Below, one piece after another: positions 38,204-49,143 of a DNA stretch of 64,000 nt (the first letter of the stretch is position 1; each line of letters begins with the position of its first letter). A model generated the notes under the pieces. The model searched no databases. It saw nothing but the letters and a program-made list of their open reading frames with translations, and was not told the DNA's origin. Source of the stretch: Planctomycetota bacterium (lineage in GTDB: Bacteria; Planctomycetota; SZUA-567; H5-PLA8); NCBI GenBank assembly GCA_038227875.1, contig JBBRPR010000021.1, positions 32,001 to 96,000 of the forward strand. The letters run 5' to 3'. Position numbers and translations under genes: made by a program.

Positions 38204-40489
38204 ATGCGCACATTATTGGTGGAAGACGATGAATCAACACGAGAACTCATCGAGTTGATTCTGCAGCGTCGCGGCCATCAGGTAATCGCATGCGAAGACG
38301 CCGAACACGCTTGGGAAGAATTCAGCAAGGACCCCTTTAAACTCGCGGTGATCGATTTGATGCTGCCGGGCAAGGACGGCTTGGAACTCTGCCGCCAAAT
38401 CCGCAAGCATGCGGACGGACGCGACAGCACCCTGGTCGTTTGCACCGCCCGCAACCTGCCAGAAGATCTGGAAAAAGTACTCGACTCAGGCGCCGACGAC
38501 TACCTGACCAAGCCCTTCGACCCGACGCACTTTTCTGTTCGCGTGCGCATCGCCGAACACATGGCGCGAATTCGCACCGACCGGAAATTGATTGAGCTGT
38601 CGCTGCTGGATTTGAATCGCAATCTGGATCTGGCCCAGGCCGCGGTGATCGGCCGGACGCTCGATGGATCGGTGGTGAGCTGGAACAGTTATGCGGAAAA
38701 ACTGTTCGGCTATACGGTCGAAGAGATCAAATCGCATTCGATTGATCCGCTCATTCCCGCCGATCGGAAGTCGGAACCCCAAAGCCTGCTGGAACGCATG
38801 CTGCGCGGCGAGAAGGTCGAGCATTTCGAAACGCGGCGCGTTCGCAAGGACGGCGAACATATTTCCGTGGTACTCAACATGGCGCCGATTTACGACCCCA
38901 CGGGGAAAGTGATCGGCACCAAGAGCGTGACGCGCGATGTTTCATCAGACCGCCGCGTGCAAGAAAAGCTGCGCATCACCGAAGACCGCCTGCGCGGGCT
39001 GTTCGAATCCAATCTAATCGGGATAATCTTCTGGGACTCCAGCGGTTCGATCTTAAGCGCCAACGACACCTTTCTAAACATGCTTCGCTATACGCGTGAA
39101 GATTTTGAAAACGGAACATTCAACTGGAAGTCGATCACGCCGCCGGAATTCACCGAGCTGGATAGTATCAACGTCAAGCTGATCGCGGAGACCGGGTCGT
39201 GTCCTCCGTTCGAAAAGGAATACTTTCGCAAAGACGGAACGCGCCTGCCCGCGCTGGTCGGCGGTGCGGCCGTGAAAAGCGCGAACGGCGAAGGCGTCGC
39301 GTTCGTGCTCGATATCAGCAACAAGAAGATGCTCGAAGAACAGCTCCGGCAGGCGCAGAAGATGGAAGCCGTCGGACGACTGGCTGGCGGCATCGCGCAC
39401 GATTTCAACAATCTGCTGACAGTGATCATCGGGCGTTCGGAGCTGGTCTTGAGCCAGCTCGATCCCAAGGACAAAAATTACAAGCCCATCGAGCTGGTGC
39501 GCTCCACGGGCTCCCGCGCGGCCGCGCTGACCCGTCAGTTGCTCCAGTTCAGCCGGCAGCAGGTACTGCAGCCGAAGATCGTCAGCTTGAAATCGATCTG
39601 CGCCGACATGCGCGAAATGCTCCAGCGGTTGCTGGGCGAGAACGTGGAACTGTCGATCGTCGCTCCGCCGAAATTAAGGCTTGCGAAAATCGATCCCAGC
39701 CAGATCCAGCAGGTCATCCTCAATCTCGTGCTGAACGCGCGTGACGCCATGCCTCAAGGCGGGCGCATCACCGTCGAAACGTCCGACTTCGACCTGACCG
39801 AGGAATTCACGCGCACACACCTCGGAGTAAAATCCGGCCCGCACGTCATGCTCAGCGTCGCCGACACCGGTACGGGCATCACCGAAGCCGTGCGGGCGCG
39901 GTTGTTCGAGCCGTTCTTCACCACCAAGGAACAGGGCAAAGGCACGGGCCTGGGCCTCTCCACGGTCTACGGAATCGTCAAACAAAGCGGCGGAGACATC
40001 TGGGTCTACAGCGAGCCCGGACGCGGCACAATTTTCAAAGTTTACTTCCCCGCCGTCTCTGGAAATCCGTCGACAGAATCGAACTCCGCGATGACCTCGG
40101 TCAAAACGGGCGGCGAAACGATTCTGGTCGTCGAAGACGAAGAGTCGATTGCGACGTTGCTGCAGGATGTCCTTAAGCAAGCCGGCTACACCGTGCTGCT
40201 GGCTGGCGATCCGGTGATAGCGCTCGACAAAATCAAGCAGACGGCAGCTCCATTCCAGCTGTTGCTCACCGATGTCGTGATGCCCCGGATGAGCGGCCGC
40301 GACCTGGCTGACATCGTTTCCAAAGAACATCCGGGAATAAAAATTCTCTATATGTCCGGGTACACCAGCAATACCATCACCGATCAGGGCGGGCTGGCGG
40401 CAGGTGTTTCGTTTCTTGAAAAGCCCTTCACACCGCGCTCGCTGCTGAAAAAAGTCCGCGAGGTTCTGGAATCCGAATCAGCCAAGTGA
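38204..40489 (+). CDS. Hybrid sensor kinase REC-PAS-PAS-HisKA-HATPase-REC
   Basis: Two receivers, two PAS/PAC ('RKDG'), H-box '[12 protein letters not shown]', N-box '[10 protein letters not shown]', G boxes 'DTGTG' and 'GKGTGLGL'. Confidence 0.95.
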   Translation: MRTLLVEDDESTRELIELILQRRGHQVIACEDAEHAWEEFSKDPFKLAVIDLMLPGKDGLELCRQIRKHADGRDSTLVVCTARNLPEDLEKVLDSGADDYLTKPFDPTHFSVRVRIAEHMARIRTDRKLIELSLLDLNRNLDLAQAAVIGRTLDGSVVSWNSYAEKLFGYTVEEIKSHSIDPLIPADRKSEPQSLLERMLRGEKVEHFETRRVRKDGEHISVVLNMAPIYDPTGKVIGTKSVTRDVSSDRRVQEKLRITEDRLRGLFESNLIGIIFWDSSGSILSANDTFLNMLRYTREDFENGTFNWKSITPPEFTELDSINVKLIAETGSCPPFEKEYFRKDGTRLPALVGGAAVKSANGEGVAFVLDISNKKMLEEQLRQAQKMEAVGRLAGGIAHDFNNLLTVIIGRSELVLSQLDPKDKNYKPIELVRSTGSRAAALTRQLLQFSRQQVLQPKIVSLKSICADMREMLQRLLGENVELSIVAPPKLRLAKIDPSQIQQVILNLVLNARDAMPQGGRITVETSDFDLTEEFTRTHLGVKSGPHVMLSVADTGTGITEAVRARLFEPFFTTKEQGKGTGLGLSTVYGIVKQSGGDIWVYSEPGRGTIFKVYFPAVSGNPSTESNSAMTSVKTGGETILVVEDEESIATLLQDVLKQAGYTVLLAGDPVIALDKIKQTAAPFQLLLTDVVMPRMSGRDLADIVSKEHPGIKILYMSGYTSNTITDQGGLAAGVSFLEKPFTPRSLLKKVREVLESESAK

Positions 40490-40501
40490 CCTCTTAGTCC
40501 T

Positions 40502-40969
40502 ATGACCATTAAATCCCAAATCGATTACCGTTGTCCGGCCTGCATGCTGGAATGGCTGCCTTACGCCAACGGACTGCACTGCCCGAAATGCGGCCGCGAA
40601 ATTCCCGACGCGGAAGTAACGGCGATCATCGCTGAAGCGCTGGAGTCGGCGAAGTTCAACAAGAAACTCTACGGGCATTTCGATCTGGAATACTGGCTGC
40701 CGCGGCGACTGGGCGACAATTATTTGAAGTGGGGCTTCGTTGCGCTTCAGGCCGCTGAATCCGAACCGGATTCCGATTCGAAAAATCTGGCGATCGGCGC
40801 ACTGATGCAAGTTGATCTCGAAGCGCTCGCGCCCTACCGAGAACACGTCGCCGGATTTCTGGCCGCACTGATCGACAGCTACCGCGCGGCCGCAAAGAGC
40901 AATCCCGCCGATTGGCAGAAGATGCCCGAGCCGGACAAGCCGTTCTTCGGGCGCAAGACAATTGAGTAG
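40502..40969 (+). CDS. Hypothetical protein with N-terminal zinc ribbon
   Basis: 'CPAC...CPKC'. Confidence 0.65.
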   Translation: MTIKSQIDYRCPACMLEWLPYANGLHCPKCGREIPDAEVTAIIAEALESAKFNKKLYGHFDLEYWLPRRLGDNYLKWGFVALQAAESEPDSDSKNLAIGALMQVDLEALAPYREHVAGFLAALIDSYRAAAKSNPADWQKMPEPDKPFFGRKTIE

Positions 40970-41058
40970 TAGCCTTCCCTTCCTCGCCGCTCAAGCCGAA
41001 GGGCTGAACGTCCGATAAACATTATCGGAAGTTCACTGGCGGCTTGAGGAATCACACA

Positions 41059-41202
41059 ATGTCCTATTTGGAAAGCTTGACGATCATCGCCATCGTCACG
41101 GGATTCTTTGTCTACGTGATGTGGATGGTCGAGCACAAGAACTGGCCCAGCGACAACGCGACAACGCTGGAAGCTGTGGTGAAAGAATTGATGGGAATGT
41201 AA
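41059..41202 (+). CDS. Small single-TM protein (47 aa)
   Basis: GAGGA RBS; MSYLESLTIIAIVTGFFVYVMWMVEHKNWPSDNATTLEAVVKELMGM*. Confidence 0.55.
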   Translation: MSYLESLTIIAIVTGFFVYVMWMVEHKNWPSDNATTLEAVVKELMGM

Positions 41203-41217
41203 CGCGGCCGACGATGC

Positions 41218-42090
41218 TTATTGCTTTTCGAACGGATCCTGCCGGAAGACAGCGACGACTTCTCCATTAAACTCGCGTTTGAATTCCTCAATCGGAGTCC
41301 AACCAAGAAAGCCAATGGGATCGGCCACGTTGATGCCTTTCTGTGGATCCGTCTCCAGAACCGCCACCACGTGTGGCGAGCCATTGAAGGTCATCGCACA
41401 CACCACCGGTTTTCGGAGTGCCATGAACGCTCTCCAGTCCGGTGCGACAATTTTCACGTGCCATCCCTGCGGAGACGCCTTTGTCTTCAATCCCGCCGCC
41501 AGTCCCAGCACCGACGAGCCTGCATGCGGACGGGTCAGGCAGAGCACCGCCATCTCCGCTTCGGTCGCATTCGCATCGATGCCACTGGCACGCAACAACG
41601 TCGCACAGGCCGACGGCCCGCAGGTGTAATTCAGGGTTTGGCGCACGAACGTTCCGCGATCCGGCGGTTTTCCATTCACCGCTTGAGCGTTGTTGATTTC
41701 CGAAAGAATTTCTTCCGGCTCGAAAAGTGTCGGCGCGGCCGCGGCATACAAAATGGCCGTGCACAAAAATCCCAGCATCACTTGCATCCGTGCCCATTTG
41801 GCGAGCGTTCGCTGATTTTCTGCGGAGCGCAGAAACGATTGGCTCGCCGCAAGGTAAAACAGCACGGTCGCCAGCGGCGCATACCAACTCGTCTGCAGAT
41901 AACAGGTCAGCGGACAGAGCGCGAATTCCGGCAACTCGGCCGGATGGTGCGAGAGATACGCGCCGCACACCAATAGCACGCAGACCAGCGCCGCGAATAC
42001 CGTCGCATACGCCTTCCTAACTTTGCCCACCTGCCAGCCGACAATCGCCGCGACCAGCATCGAAAGCGCAATCAGCCCGGTGATCAGCAC
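41218..42090 (-). CDS. Membrane-anchored stand-alone C39-family cysteine peptidase
   Basis: About 4 N-terminal TMs; 'QTLNYTCGPSAC' (Gln, Cys), 'PHVVAV' (His), 'VADP' (Asp). Confidence 0.8.
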   Translation of the reverse strand: MLITGLIALSMLVAAIVGWQVGKVRKAYATVFAALVCVLLVCGAYLSHHPAELPEFALCPLTCYLQTSWYAPLATVLFYLAASQSFLRSAENQRTLAKWARMQVMLGFLCTAILYAAAAPTLFEPEEILSEINNAQAVNGKPPDRGTFVRQTLNYTCGPSACATLLRASGIDANATEAEMAVLCLTRPHAGSSVLGLAAGLKTKASPQGWHVKIVAPDWRAFMALRKPVVCAMTFNGSPHVVAVLETDPQKGINVADPIGFLGWTPIEEFKREFNGEVVAVFRQDPFEKQ

Positions 42091-42137
42091 AGTTACGTCC
42101 CTATTCGCGCGACGCTTCGAATTTCATTTTTCACTCG

Positions 42138-42168
42138 CGACATTCGTCATTCGAAATTCGACATTCCC
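42138..42168 (-). repeat. Tandem GAAT(G/T)(T/A)C heptamer repeats immediately after the permease stop
   Basis: Minus strand TAA-GG-GAATGTC-GAATTTC-GAATGAC-GAATGTC-G. Confidence 0.7.
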
Positions 42169-43428
42169 TTAGCCTTTCAGCCCCGTCATCGCAATGCCGC
42201 GCATAAACGTTTTGCGCGCCAGCAGGAAGAGCACGATCAGCGGCATCGAAAACATCATGCTCGCCGCCATCACGTAATGCCACGGCGTGCCGCCCTGCTG
42301 GCTGTAAAAGCCCTGCAGTCCCAGCGAGAGCGTAAACTGCGACTTATCCTGCATGTAGACCATTGGCCCCATGAATTCTTTCCACATCGAAATGAACTGA
42401 AAGAGCGCCACCATCGCCAACGCCGGACGCGCCAGCGGGACGATCACGTGCCAGACGATCTCCAGTTCTGAGCAGCCGTCGATGCGCGCCGCGTCGAGCA
42501 GTTCCTTGGGCAGTCCCAGAAAAAATTGGCGCAGAAGAAAAATGAAAAACGCACCGCCAAACCAGAGCGGCACCCACAGCGGCCTGAACGTGCCGATCCA
42601 GCCAAACGTGTGGAACACATCGTAGAGCGGCACCATGGTCGCCGGGAACGGGACCATCATCACCGCCAGCGTGACGGCAAAGAGCACCGTCTTGCCCGGA
42701 AATTCGAGAAAGGCGAACGCGTACGCAACAAGCGTGCAGGAGGCCACCGCGCCCACAACCGACAGAATGCACAGAAAAAGCGTGTTCAGCACGTAGCGTA
42801 CAAAGCCGACTTCGTACCACTTCTTGTCTTCGTTGCCGATGCCCTTCATGCGTTCCAGCGCCGAGCCGTAATTTTCAACGAAGGCATGCGGCGCGGAACT
42901 GATTTCAGCGTCGGGCACGCAATCCCACCCGAGTTCGTGATCTTCTTTCGCGCGCTCTGCCGAAATTTCGGGAGCCCACTCCACCACCAACCACCATCCC
43001 GCCGGACAATCCTTGACGACGTCCACTTTCACCGGATCCTGCTCGAAAATTTCGCGGCCGGCCTGCACAAACTTGATCATCGCCTTCGACGACGCGTCAA
43101 CTTCCGCCTTGCGGATCAGCTTGCGCTTGCCCTTCTCGTGGCCTTCCTGCGGAACCACTATGACGCTGTCGAACTCCAGTTGCTTCTCTTTGATGACAAT
43201 CTTCTTTTCGCCAGCGAGCTGCACGTAGTTGGCGCGCGGAATCAGCGTCGGCGGCAGCGACATGGTCTGATCGTGCGGCTTGAGCGAGGTCGAGGCCATC
43301 CACACCAGCGGCAACAGAAACAGCAGGCCGGCCGTGAGCAGGATCAAATGCGAGACGCCATTGAGCAGGGGGCTCTGCCCGTGGCGCGAGCCGTATCCTG
43401 CGCTGAGGTCGGTTTCTTTTTCGGCCAC
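42169..43428 (-). CDS. Carbohydrate ABC transporter permease (MalG-like) with large periplasmic insertion
   Basis: EAA loop 'LLDAARIDGCS', 'FLLRQFF'; more than 100 extra soluble residues after TM1. Confidence 0.9.
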   Translation of the reverse strand: MAEKETDLSAGYGSRHGQSPLLNGVSHLILLTAGLLFLLPLVWMASTSLKPHDQTMSLPPTLIPRANYVQLAGEKKIVIKEKQLEFDSVIVVPQEGHEKGKRKLIRKAEVDASSKAMIKFVQAGREIFEQDPVKVDVVKDCPAGWWLVVEWAPEISAERAKEDHELGWDCVPDAEISSAPHAFVENYGSALERMKGIGNEDKKWYEVGFVRYVLNTLFLCILSVVGAVASCTLVAYAFAFLEFPGKTVLFAVTLAVMMVPFPATMVPLYDVFHTFGWIGTFRPLWVPLWFGGAFFIFLLRQFFLGLPKELLDAARIDGCSELEIVWHVIVPLARPALAMVALFQFISMWKEFMGPMVYMQDKSQFTLSLGLQGFYSQQGGTPWHYVMAASMMFSMPLIVLFLLARKTFMRGIAMTGLKG

Positions 43429-43432
43429 AGTT

Positions 43433-44365
43433 TCAGCGCCCCGCGTAGTAGACCCGGTCTCTGGAGAGCCGGAAAGCCAGAGCCGTCAGCAACAGAATGA
43501 TCACGAACAGAATCCACGAAAGCGCACAGGAATAACCCATGCGCATGTATCGGAAGGCGTTGTCGTAAATGTACTGCGGGAGAAAATAGGCTGCGCGGTC
43601 CGGGCCGCCTTCGGGAAAAATCAGATACGGCTCGGTGAATATCTGGAGAGCGCCGATGATCCCCATGATGATGTTGAACAGGATCACCGGACTGATCATC
43701 GGCAGCGTGACATGGCGGATCTTCTGTAACACATTCGCACCGTCGATCTCCGCCGCTTCATATAGTTCTTGCGGCACGTCCTGCAATTTCGCCAAGTAGA
43801 TGAACGCTGTCTGCCCGATGCCCCAGATCACCACCAGGAACAACGACGAGAGCGGCCAGTTGGTCAGCCACGCCGGCGGACCCCACGCCAGATCGGGCTG
43901 CTTCAACACGGCGTCGACGTAATGCGGATCAATCGCGCCGCGCAGCGCGTTGGCAAGCGTATAGAACGGGCTGAGCAGACCGTTGATCAGTCCGTACTGA
44001 CCGTTGAACATCCAATTCCACAGCAGCGCGGAAACGACCGCCGGAATCAGATGCGGCAGGTACAGCACCACGCTGTAGAGCGACTGGCCGCGGCGAACGG
44101 AGTTCATCAGCAACGCCAGCCCCAGCGAGACGAACAGCCCGCCGAAAACGCTGAGCGCACCGAACAGCAGCGTATTGCGCAGCACTTTCCAGAAGAGGTC
44201 ATCGTGGAGCATCGCCGAAAAATTCTCCAACCCGATCCACGTCGCCGGGCGGAGCACGCTGAATTCCGTGAAGCTGTAATAGATTGACGCCGCAAACGGA
44301 TAGAGCGTGAAGACGCTCAACCCAATCAGCCACGGCAGCACGAAGAGCAGAGCTTTGAAGCGCAT
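43433..44365 (-). CDS. Carbohydrate ABC transporter permease (MalF-like)
   Basis: 'WIGLENF', 'ELYEAAEIDGA', 'HVTLPMISP'; ATG 44365 overlaps the binding-protein stop (TAATG). Confidence 0.92.
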   Translation of the reverse strand: MRFKALLFVLPWLIGLSVFTLYPFAASIYYSFTEFSVLRPATWIGLENFSAMLHDDLFWKVLRNTLLFGALSVFGGLFVSLGLALLMNSVRRGQSLYSVVLYLPHLIPAVVSALLWNWMFNGQYGLINGLLSPFYTLANALRGAIDPHYVDAVLKQPDLAWGPPAWLTNWPLSSLFLVVIWGIGQTAFIYLAKLQDVPQELYEAAEIDGANVLQKIRHVTLPMISPVILFNIIMGIIGALQIFTEPYLIFPEGGPDRAAYFLPQYIYDNAFRYMRMGYSCALSWILFVIILLLTALAFRLSRDRVYYAGR

Positions 44366-45741
44366 TATTTGGTCCGTTCCGCTTCGAGCGCTTTGGCGTC
44401 GGCCGTCGATTTGAGCAGTTGCGTCAGCTTCGGCTGCATGCGGTTTTGAACATTCTGCAGCGCCTGCTCGGGCGTGACCGTGCCCAGCCACATCGAATCG
44501 AACGCCGATTGCAATTCGGCTTTGTATTCGTCCCACATTGGCAGCTTGGGGCAGCTCATCGCATTTTTACTTTTCGCCAGGTCAATGAAGACCTGGAGAT
44601 GCGGATGCAGATGCGCGTCGATCCAGCCCGGTGTGGTCGTCTTGAATGGCGTCAGCTTCCCCTGCCCGCCCCGGTTGCCAACGCCCCCGCAGAGAAATTC
44701 CATGCCTTCCGTCGAGTTGATGAACTTCATCACTTCCCACGCTTCTTCGGGATGCTTGGCACCGCGCGGAATCGTGATCACATCCATCTCCGCGATGGTC
44801 ACGGGCTGTCCTCCGGTCTCGAACGCCGCCGGACATGGGCCGCAGCCCCAGTTTAAATGCGGGTTGTGGAAGCGGATAAAGTTGGCCATCCACACGCCCT
44901 GGATCACCATCGCCACTTTGCCATTCAAGAACGCATTCTGCGGCGAATCGAACGAACCGAAACCCTGGCGGTACGAGTACGTCTCCTTCCTGCCATATTT
45001 CTCCGCAAAACGCGACATCCAATTCCACGCTTCCACGTTCTTCGGATCGGTCGCGGTGATTTTGTCGAGTCCCTCGCACAGCCGGCCGCCCCAGAAAAAT
45101 CCCCAGCCCCAATTCCACCAGCCCGGCTCGGTTGGCAGGAATCCCATCTGAACAATGTTTCCCTTCTCATCCCGCTTGGTCAGCTTCTCGGCGTACTCCA
45201 GCAGTTCGTCCATGGTCTGAGGTGGACGCTCCGGATTCAGCCCCGCCGCGCGGAACAAATCCTTGTTCCAATGCAATGCCACCGTGGCCGGCGTGGTCGG
45301 CAGGCACCAGGTTTTGCTGCGGTACTGGCAGCTCTGCAGATACACGTCGATATACTTCTCGGTATCGAAGTGGTCGCGCTTGAAGTACTCATCCAGCGGC
45401 GTCAACGCACCCATGTCGGCCAGGGAATACGTATTGTTGGACCAGAAACCGGCGAGGTCCGGCGGGTTGCCTCCGGCGATGGCCAGCAATGATTTCCGGT
45501 CGACCTGCGTCATCGTCAGGTAATCGCAATGAATCGTTTCACCTTTGGTGTTCTTAATCTGCTTGGAATTGAACAAACTGATGGTGCGTTGCATGGCTTC
45601 GCCCTCGAAGCCCGTCCATTTTTCCCAATACACGATCTTGACGGTGCCCGGGTGCTGCGCGGGTGCAGGCACACGATCAAAAAAAAACCCACAAGTAAAT
45701 AAAAGGACTAGCGAAGTAAGTACCACGTATGGTATTCTCAT
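44365..45741 (-). CDS. Sugar ABC transporter substrate-binding protein (family 1)
   Basis: N-terminal anchor; 'AGGNPPDL', 'WNKDLFRAAGL', 'FLNGKVAM', 'AWEVMKF'. Confidence 0.9.
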   Translation of the reverse strand: MRIPYVVLTSLVLLFTCGFFFDRVPAPAQHPGTVKIVYWEKWTGFEGEAMQRTISLFNSKQIKNTKGETIHCDYLTMTQVDRKSLLAIAGGNPPDLAGFWSNNTYSLADMGALTPLDEYFKRDHFDTEKYIDVYLQSCQYRSKTWCLPTTPATVALHWNKDLFRAAGLNPERPPQTMDELLEYAEKLTKRDEKGNIVQMGFLPTEPGWWNWGWGFFWGGRLCEGLDKITATDPKNVEAWNWMSRFAEKYGRKETYSYRQGFGSFDSPQNAFLNGKVAMVIQGVWMANFIRFHNPHLNWGCGPCPAAFETGGQPVTIAEMDVITIPRGAKHPEEAWEVMKFINSTEGMEFLCGGVGNRGGQGKLTPFKTTTPGWIDAHLHPHLQVFIDLAKSKNAMSCPKLPMWDEYKAELQSAFDSMWLGTVTPEQALQNVQNRMQPKLTQLLKSTADAKALEAERTK

Positions 45742-45791
45742 ATTGTGCAATTCCTTAATACTGCTGACGTTTAACGTATGATAAAGGTCAC

Positions 45792-45807
45792 ATTGCGCAT
45801 GTGCAAT
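45792..45807. promoter_or_regulatory. Candidate operator (near-palindrome) in AT-rich divergent promoter region
   Basis: ATTGCGCATGTGCAAT, 14 of 16 positions symmetric, about 50 nt upstream of the binding-protein start. Confidence 0.35.
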
Positions 45808-46019
45808 CAGGTTTCATTTTTATGCATAACCCGTTCTGATCTATCTGCTTATAAAAATAAAAAGGTTTTATAATTGTGACTAATAAAGTTTGTTTCAGAA
45901 TTACGTCTGATTCACGCGGCCGACACCGTACTAATTACGTAACATACTTAACCGGCATGTGTCGCGACCGATGAAATAGGGACTGTTGCAAGCTTCTTCT
46001 GAGAACAGGTGCCAGAAAC

Positions 46020-46877
46020 ATGCAGAATATTCCCGGCTATACGATTAGTGGAAAAATCGCCGAAGGTGGATGTGCCCAGATTCTCGCGGGGACTGAAGTC
46101 AGCACTGGCCGCAGAGTCGCCGTCAAAATCCTGCACTCCCGCAACCTCGCTAACAAGGTGGAACACAAGCGCCTCGTCGATGAAGGCGCGCTCGGCTTGA
46201 AGCTCAAGCACGATAATCTCGTCCGCACCTACGCGACGGGCATGTCCGGCGACCTTCCCTACATCGTTCTGGAATACATCAAGGGCCGCATGTTGCGCGA
46301 TTTGATCGCCGACAAATATTTGCTCGGCAATGTCGAAACGCTGATCCTGGCCAAAAGTCTCTGCCACGTCATCCGCTACCTGCATGACTCCAGCATCATT
46401 CACAAGGACATCAAGCCCGACAACATCATGATCGGTGAACGGGGTGAAGTGAAGCTGCTCGACCTGGGCTTCGCGGAAGTGCCCAAAGGATTCTCGTTCT
46501 TCGCGCCCAAGCGACTCGATGGCAGCCCCGCGTACATGGCGCCCGAACTGCTGCTGACGAAGAAAGCCTCGTTCGCGACGGACGTCTACGCGATCGGCTG
46601 CACGCTTTACGAGGCCGCCACCGGCTTCACGCCCTTCGAAGGCATGTCTGACGCCGAGACGCTCACCAAGCAGACCAATATGAAGTACGCCGCGCCGCCG
46701 GTCACCCAGTCGAACAACCGCATCTCCGCGCTGACGGAAAAGACGATCCTCCGCGCCATCCAGAAGGACGTCGGGCAGCGCTACAAGTCCGTCGACGAGA
46801 TGATGCTCGACATCGCGCGTAACCCGGCGAGCAACGATCCTAAAAGTTCAAACCGGCTCGCTCCAGTTACCGCCTGA
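46020..46877 (+). CDS. Soluble Hanks-type Ser/Thr protein kinase
   Basis: 'VAVK', 'HKDIKPDN', 'DLG', 'GSPAYMAPE', 'DVYAIG'. Confidence 0.9.
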   Translation: MQNIPGYTISGKIAEGGCAQILAGTEVSTGRRVAVKILHSRNLANKVEHKRLVDEGALGLKLKHDNLVRTYATGMSGDLPYIVLEYIKGRMLRDLIADKYLLGNVETLILAKSLCHVIRYLHDSSIIHKDIKPDNIMIGERGEVKLLDLGFAEVPKGFSFFAPKRLDGSPAYMAPELLLTKKASFATDVYAIGCTLYEAATGFTPFEGMSDAETLTKQTNMKYAAPPVTQSNNRISALTEKTILRAIQKDVGQRYKSVDEMMLDIARNPASNDPKSSNRLAPVTA

Positions 46878-46878
46878 T

Positions 46879-48045
46879 TTATAATTTTCCCAGAACGTCG
46901 CGCGCGATGATCATGCGCTGAATTTGCGACGTTCCTTCACCAATCTCCAGCAGCTTCGCGTCGCGGAAGTAGCGTTCGACGGGAAATTCGTGCGTGTAGC
47001 CGTAGCCGCCATGAATCTGAACTGAATCGTTGCAGATGCGATTGCAGATTTCCGACGAATAGAGCTTGGCGATGCTGCATTGGCGCGTGTGCGGTTTGCC
47101 GGCGTCGCGGAGCTGTCCGGCGTGATAAACAAGATGCCGCGCCGCTTCGATGCCCACGGCCATGTCGGCGATCATGTTCCCCACCGACTGAAACGAACCG
47201 ATCGCCTTGCCGAACTGCTTGCGTTCCTGAGCGTATTTGACGGAAGCCTGCATCGCGCCAATCGCCAGCCCTACGCCGAGCGCACCGATGCCGACGCGGC
47301 CGCCGATCAGCGTGTCCATAAAGACGCTGAAACCCTGGTCCTGCGTGCCGAGCAGATTGTCGGCGGTCACCTCGGCGTCCTCAAAGCTGATTTCACCCCA
47401 GTCCGAACCGCGCATGCCCAGCTTCTTGCTGCCGGGATGAATCTTCATGCCTTTGGTACCGCTCTCAACCAGCAGCGCGCTGATACCGTGCGTTCCAGCC
47501 TCGGGTTTGGTGGATACCGCGAGCAGAAATACGCCCGCGACGTGCGCGTTGGTGATGAACGTCTTCGCGCCGTTGACAATGTAGCGGTCGCCCTTGAGCA
47601 CAGCGCGCGTCTGCGTGCCGCCGGCGTCGGAGCCCGCGCCGGGTTCGGTCAGGCCAAAGGCGGCGAGCTTCTTTCCAGTGCAGAGATCGGGCAGAAAGCG
47701 TTTTTTCTGCGCGTCGGTACCGAAGCGATTGATCGGCGAGGTCCCCAGGCTGACGTGCGCCGCCACGGAAAGCGCCGTGCTGGCGCAGACGCGGGCGATT
47801 TCCTCGACGACCGTCGCGCCGCAGAGCACATTCAGACCCATGCCGCCGTAGGTTTCCGGAAACGGCACGCCCAGCAACTGTGCGTCGGCGAGCGCCGTCC
47901 AGATCTCCTTGGGAATGTGTTGCTTCTCATCGATCTCTGACGCGACCTTTTGCAGATGCGTCTTGCAGAAGGTCTGCACCGTCTGGCGCACGGCGGCCTG
48001 CTCGTCGGTCAAATCCAGCGGTGCGAAAACATCGTTCTGGCTCAT
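46879..48045 (-). CDS. Acyl-CoA dehydrogenase
   Basis: '[11 protein letters not shown]', 'NGAKTFITN', 'RKQFGK', 'QIHGGYGY', '[10 protein letters not shown]'. Confidence 0.95.
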   Translation of the reverse strand: MSQNDVFAPLDLTDEQAAVRQTVQTFCKTHLQKVASEIDEKQHIPKEIWTALADAQLLGVPFPETYGGMGLNVLCGATVVEEIARVCASTALSVAAHVSLGTSPINRFGTDAQKKRFLPDLCTGKKLAAFGLTEPGAGSDAGGTQTRAVLKGDRYIVNGAKTFITNAHVAGVFLLAVSTKPEAGTHGISALLVESGTKGMKIHPGSKKLGMRGSDWGEISFEDAEVTADNLLGTQDQGFSVFMDTLIGGRVGIGALGVGLAIGAMQASVKYAQERKQFGKAIGSFQSVGNMIADMAVGIEAARHLVYHAGQLRDAGKPHTRQCSIAKLYSSEICNRICNDSVQIHGGYGYTHEFPVERYFRDAKLLEIGEGTSQIQRMIIARDVLGKL

Positions 48046-48158
48046 GGTCTACTCCTCATTGTGGTCGCCGGCGCAACGTGGATGGCATTCAACCACAAAG
48101 CCGATTTGGAATCATGGAAAAACTCGCGGATTGTCCGACGTGGTTTAGAATTCCGCCC

Positions 48159-49031
48159 ATGTCCCTGCTCTTCCCCACGTCAGATGACACCGCCCGTTTC
48201 GCCGCGGACTTGCACACGGAACACGTCGGCAAACACTTGGAATTCCGCCCGCGGACGGATTCCACCAACGATCTGGCGTTGGAGGCCGCGCGCAGCGGCG
48301 CCGCACATGGAATGACGTTCATCGCCGACGCGCAAGACCGCGGCCGTGGCCGGCGCGGACGGCAGTGGCAATCTCCGTCCGGCCTGAGCTTGCTGTTCTC
48401 CGTGCTGACGCGCCCGGGCCAGATTCCGCCCGCGGAGTCCGGCTGGATTCCACTGCTGGCAGGACTGGCCAGTCTCGATGGCATCCGCGCCGCAACGGGC
48501 CTTCACGCCGCGCTGAAGTGGCCCAACGACATCGTGTTGCCGTCCACCGATGCGCCGGGCTGGCGGAAACTCGGCGGCATTCTCTGCGAAAGCGCACTGC
48601 CCGGGAAAGAATCCGGCTCCGCCAGTTCCGGCGCGTTCGTGGTGATCGGCATCGGCATCAACGTCAACCATTCCGCCGCTGAACTACCCAAGCACGTGAA
48701 AGCTCCGCCGAGCAGCCTGCGCATCGAATCCCTCCGCACTGTCGAGCGCACCGTCCTCTTCGCCGCCATGTTGGAAGCGCTCGAGGCGCGCTTCAAGCAA
48801 CTCGAAAACGCGTCTACACGCCCGGAGCTGAAACGCGCCGTCGAATCCAGCCTGCGCGAGTGGTGGACCGAAGACCGCGTGATCAGCGTGCGCCCGGGAG
48901 TGGAAGAAGACGGCGCCGAGATTATCCAAGGCCATTTTCAGCGTCTCGATGAATTCGGAAGACTCGTGCTCACCGATTTGAGCGGCAACACCGTTCCGCT
49001 TGCGGATGCCGAGATCGTTGGCGTGTTGTGA
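48159..49031 (+). CDS. birA: Biotin--protein ligase (no N-terminal HTH)
   Basis: 'DSTND', 'QDRGRGRRGRQW', 'KWPND', 'KLGGILCE', 'GIGINV'. Confidence 0.92.
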   Translation: MSLLFPTSDDTARFAADLHTEHVGKHLEFRPRTDSTNDLALEAARSGAAHGMTFIADAQDRGRGRRGRQWQSPSGLSLLFSVLTRPGQIPPAESGWIPLLAGLASLDGIRAATGLHAALKWPNDIVLPSTDAPGWRKLGGILCESALPGKESGSASSGAFVVIGIGINVNHSAAELPKHVKAPPSSLRIESLRTVERTVLFAAMLEALEARFKQLENASTRPELKRAVESSLREWWTEDRVISVRPGVEEDGAEIIQGHFQRLDEFGRLVLTDLSGNTVPLADAEIVGVL

Positions 49032-49067
49032 TCGCGGCAAAACCCGCGCGTGGCCAAGCCATTCGAT

Positions 49068-49101
49068 AAAAAAACTCGCCGCAAATTGCGGCGAGTTTTT
49101 T
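49068..49101. terminator. Bidirectional intrinsic terminator
   Basis: AAAAAAACTCGCCGC-AAATT-GCGGCGAGTTTTTT between convergent genes. Confidence 0.85.
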
Positions 49102-49143
49102 CATCTGTCTGCCTACTTCCGTACTGACCCCTGGCCCATTCCC

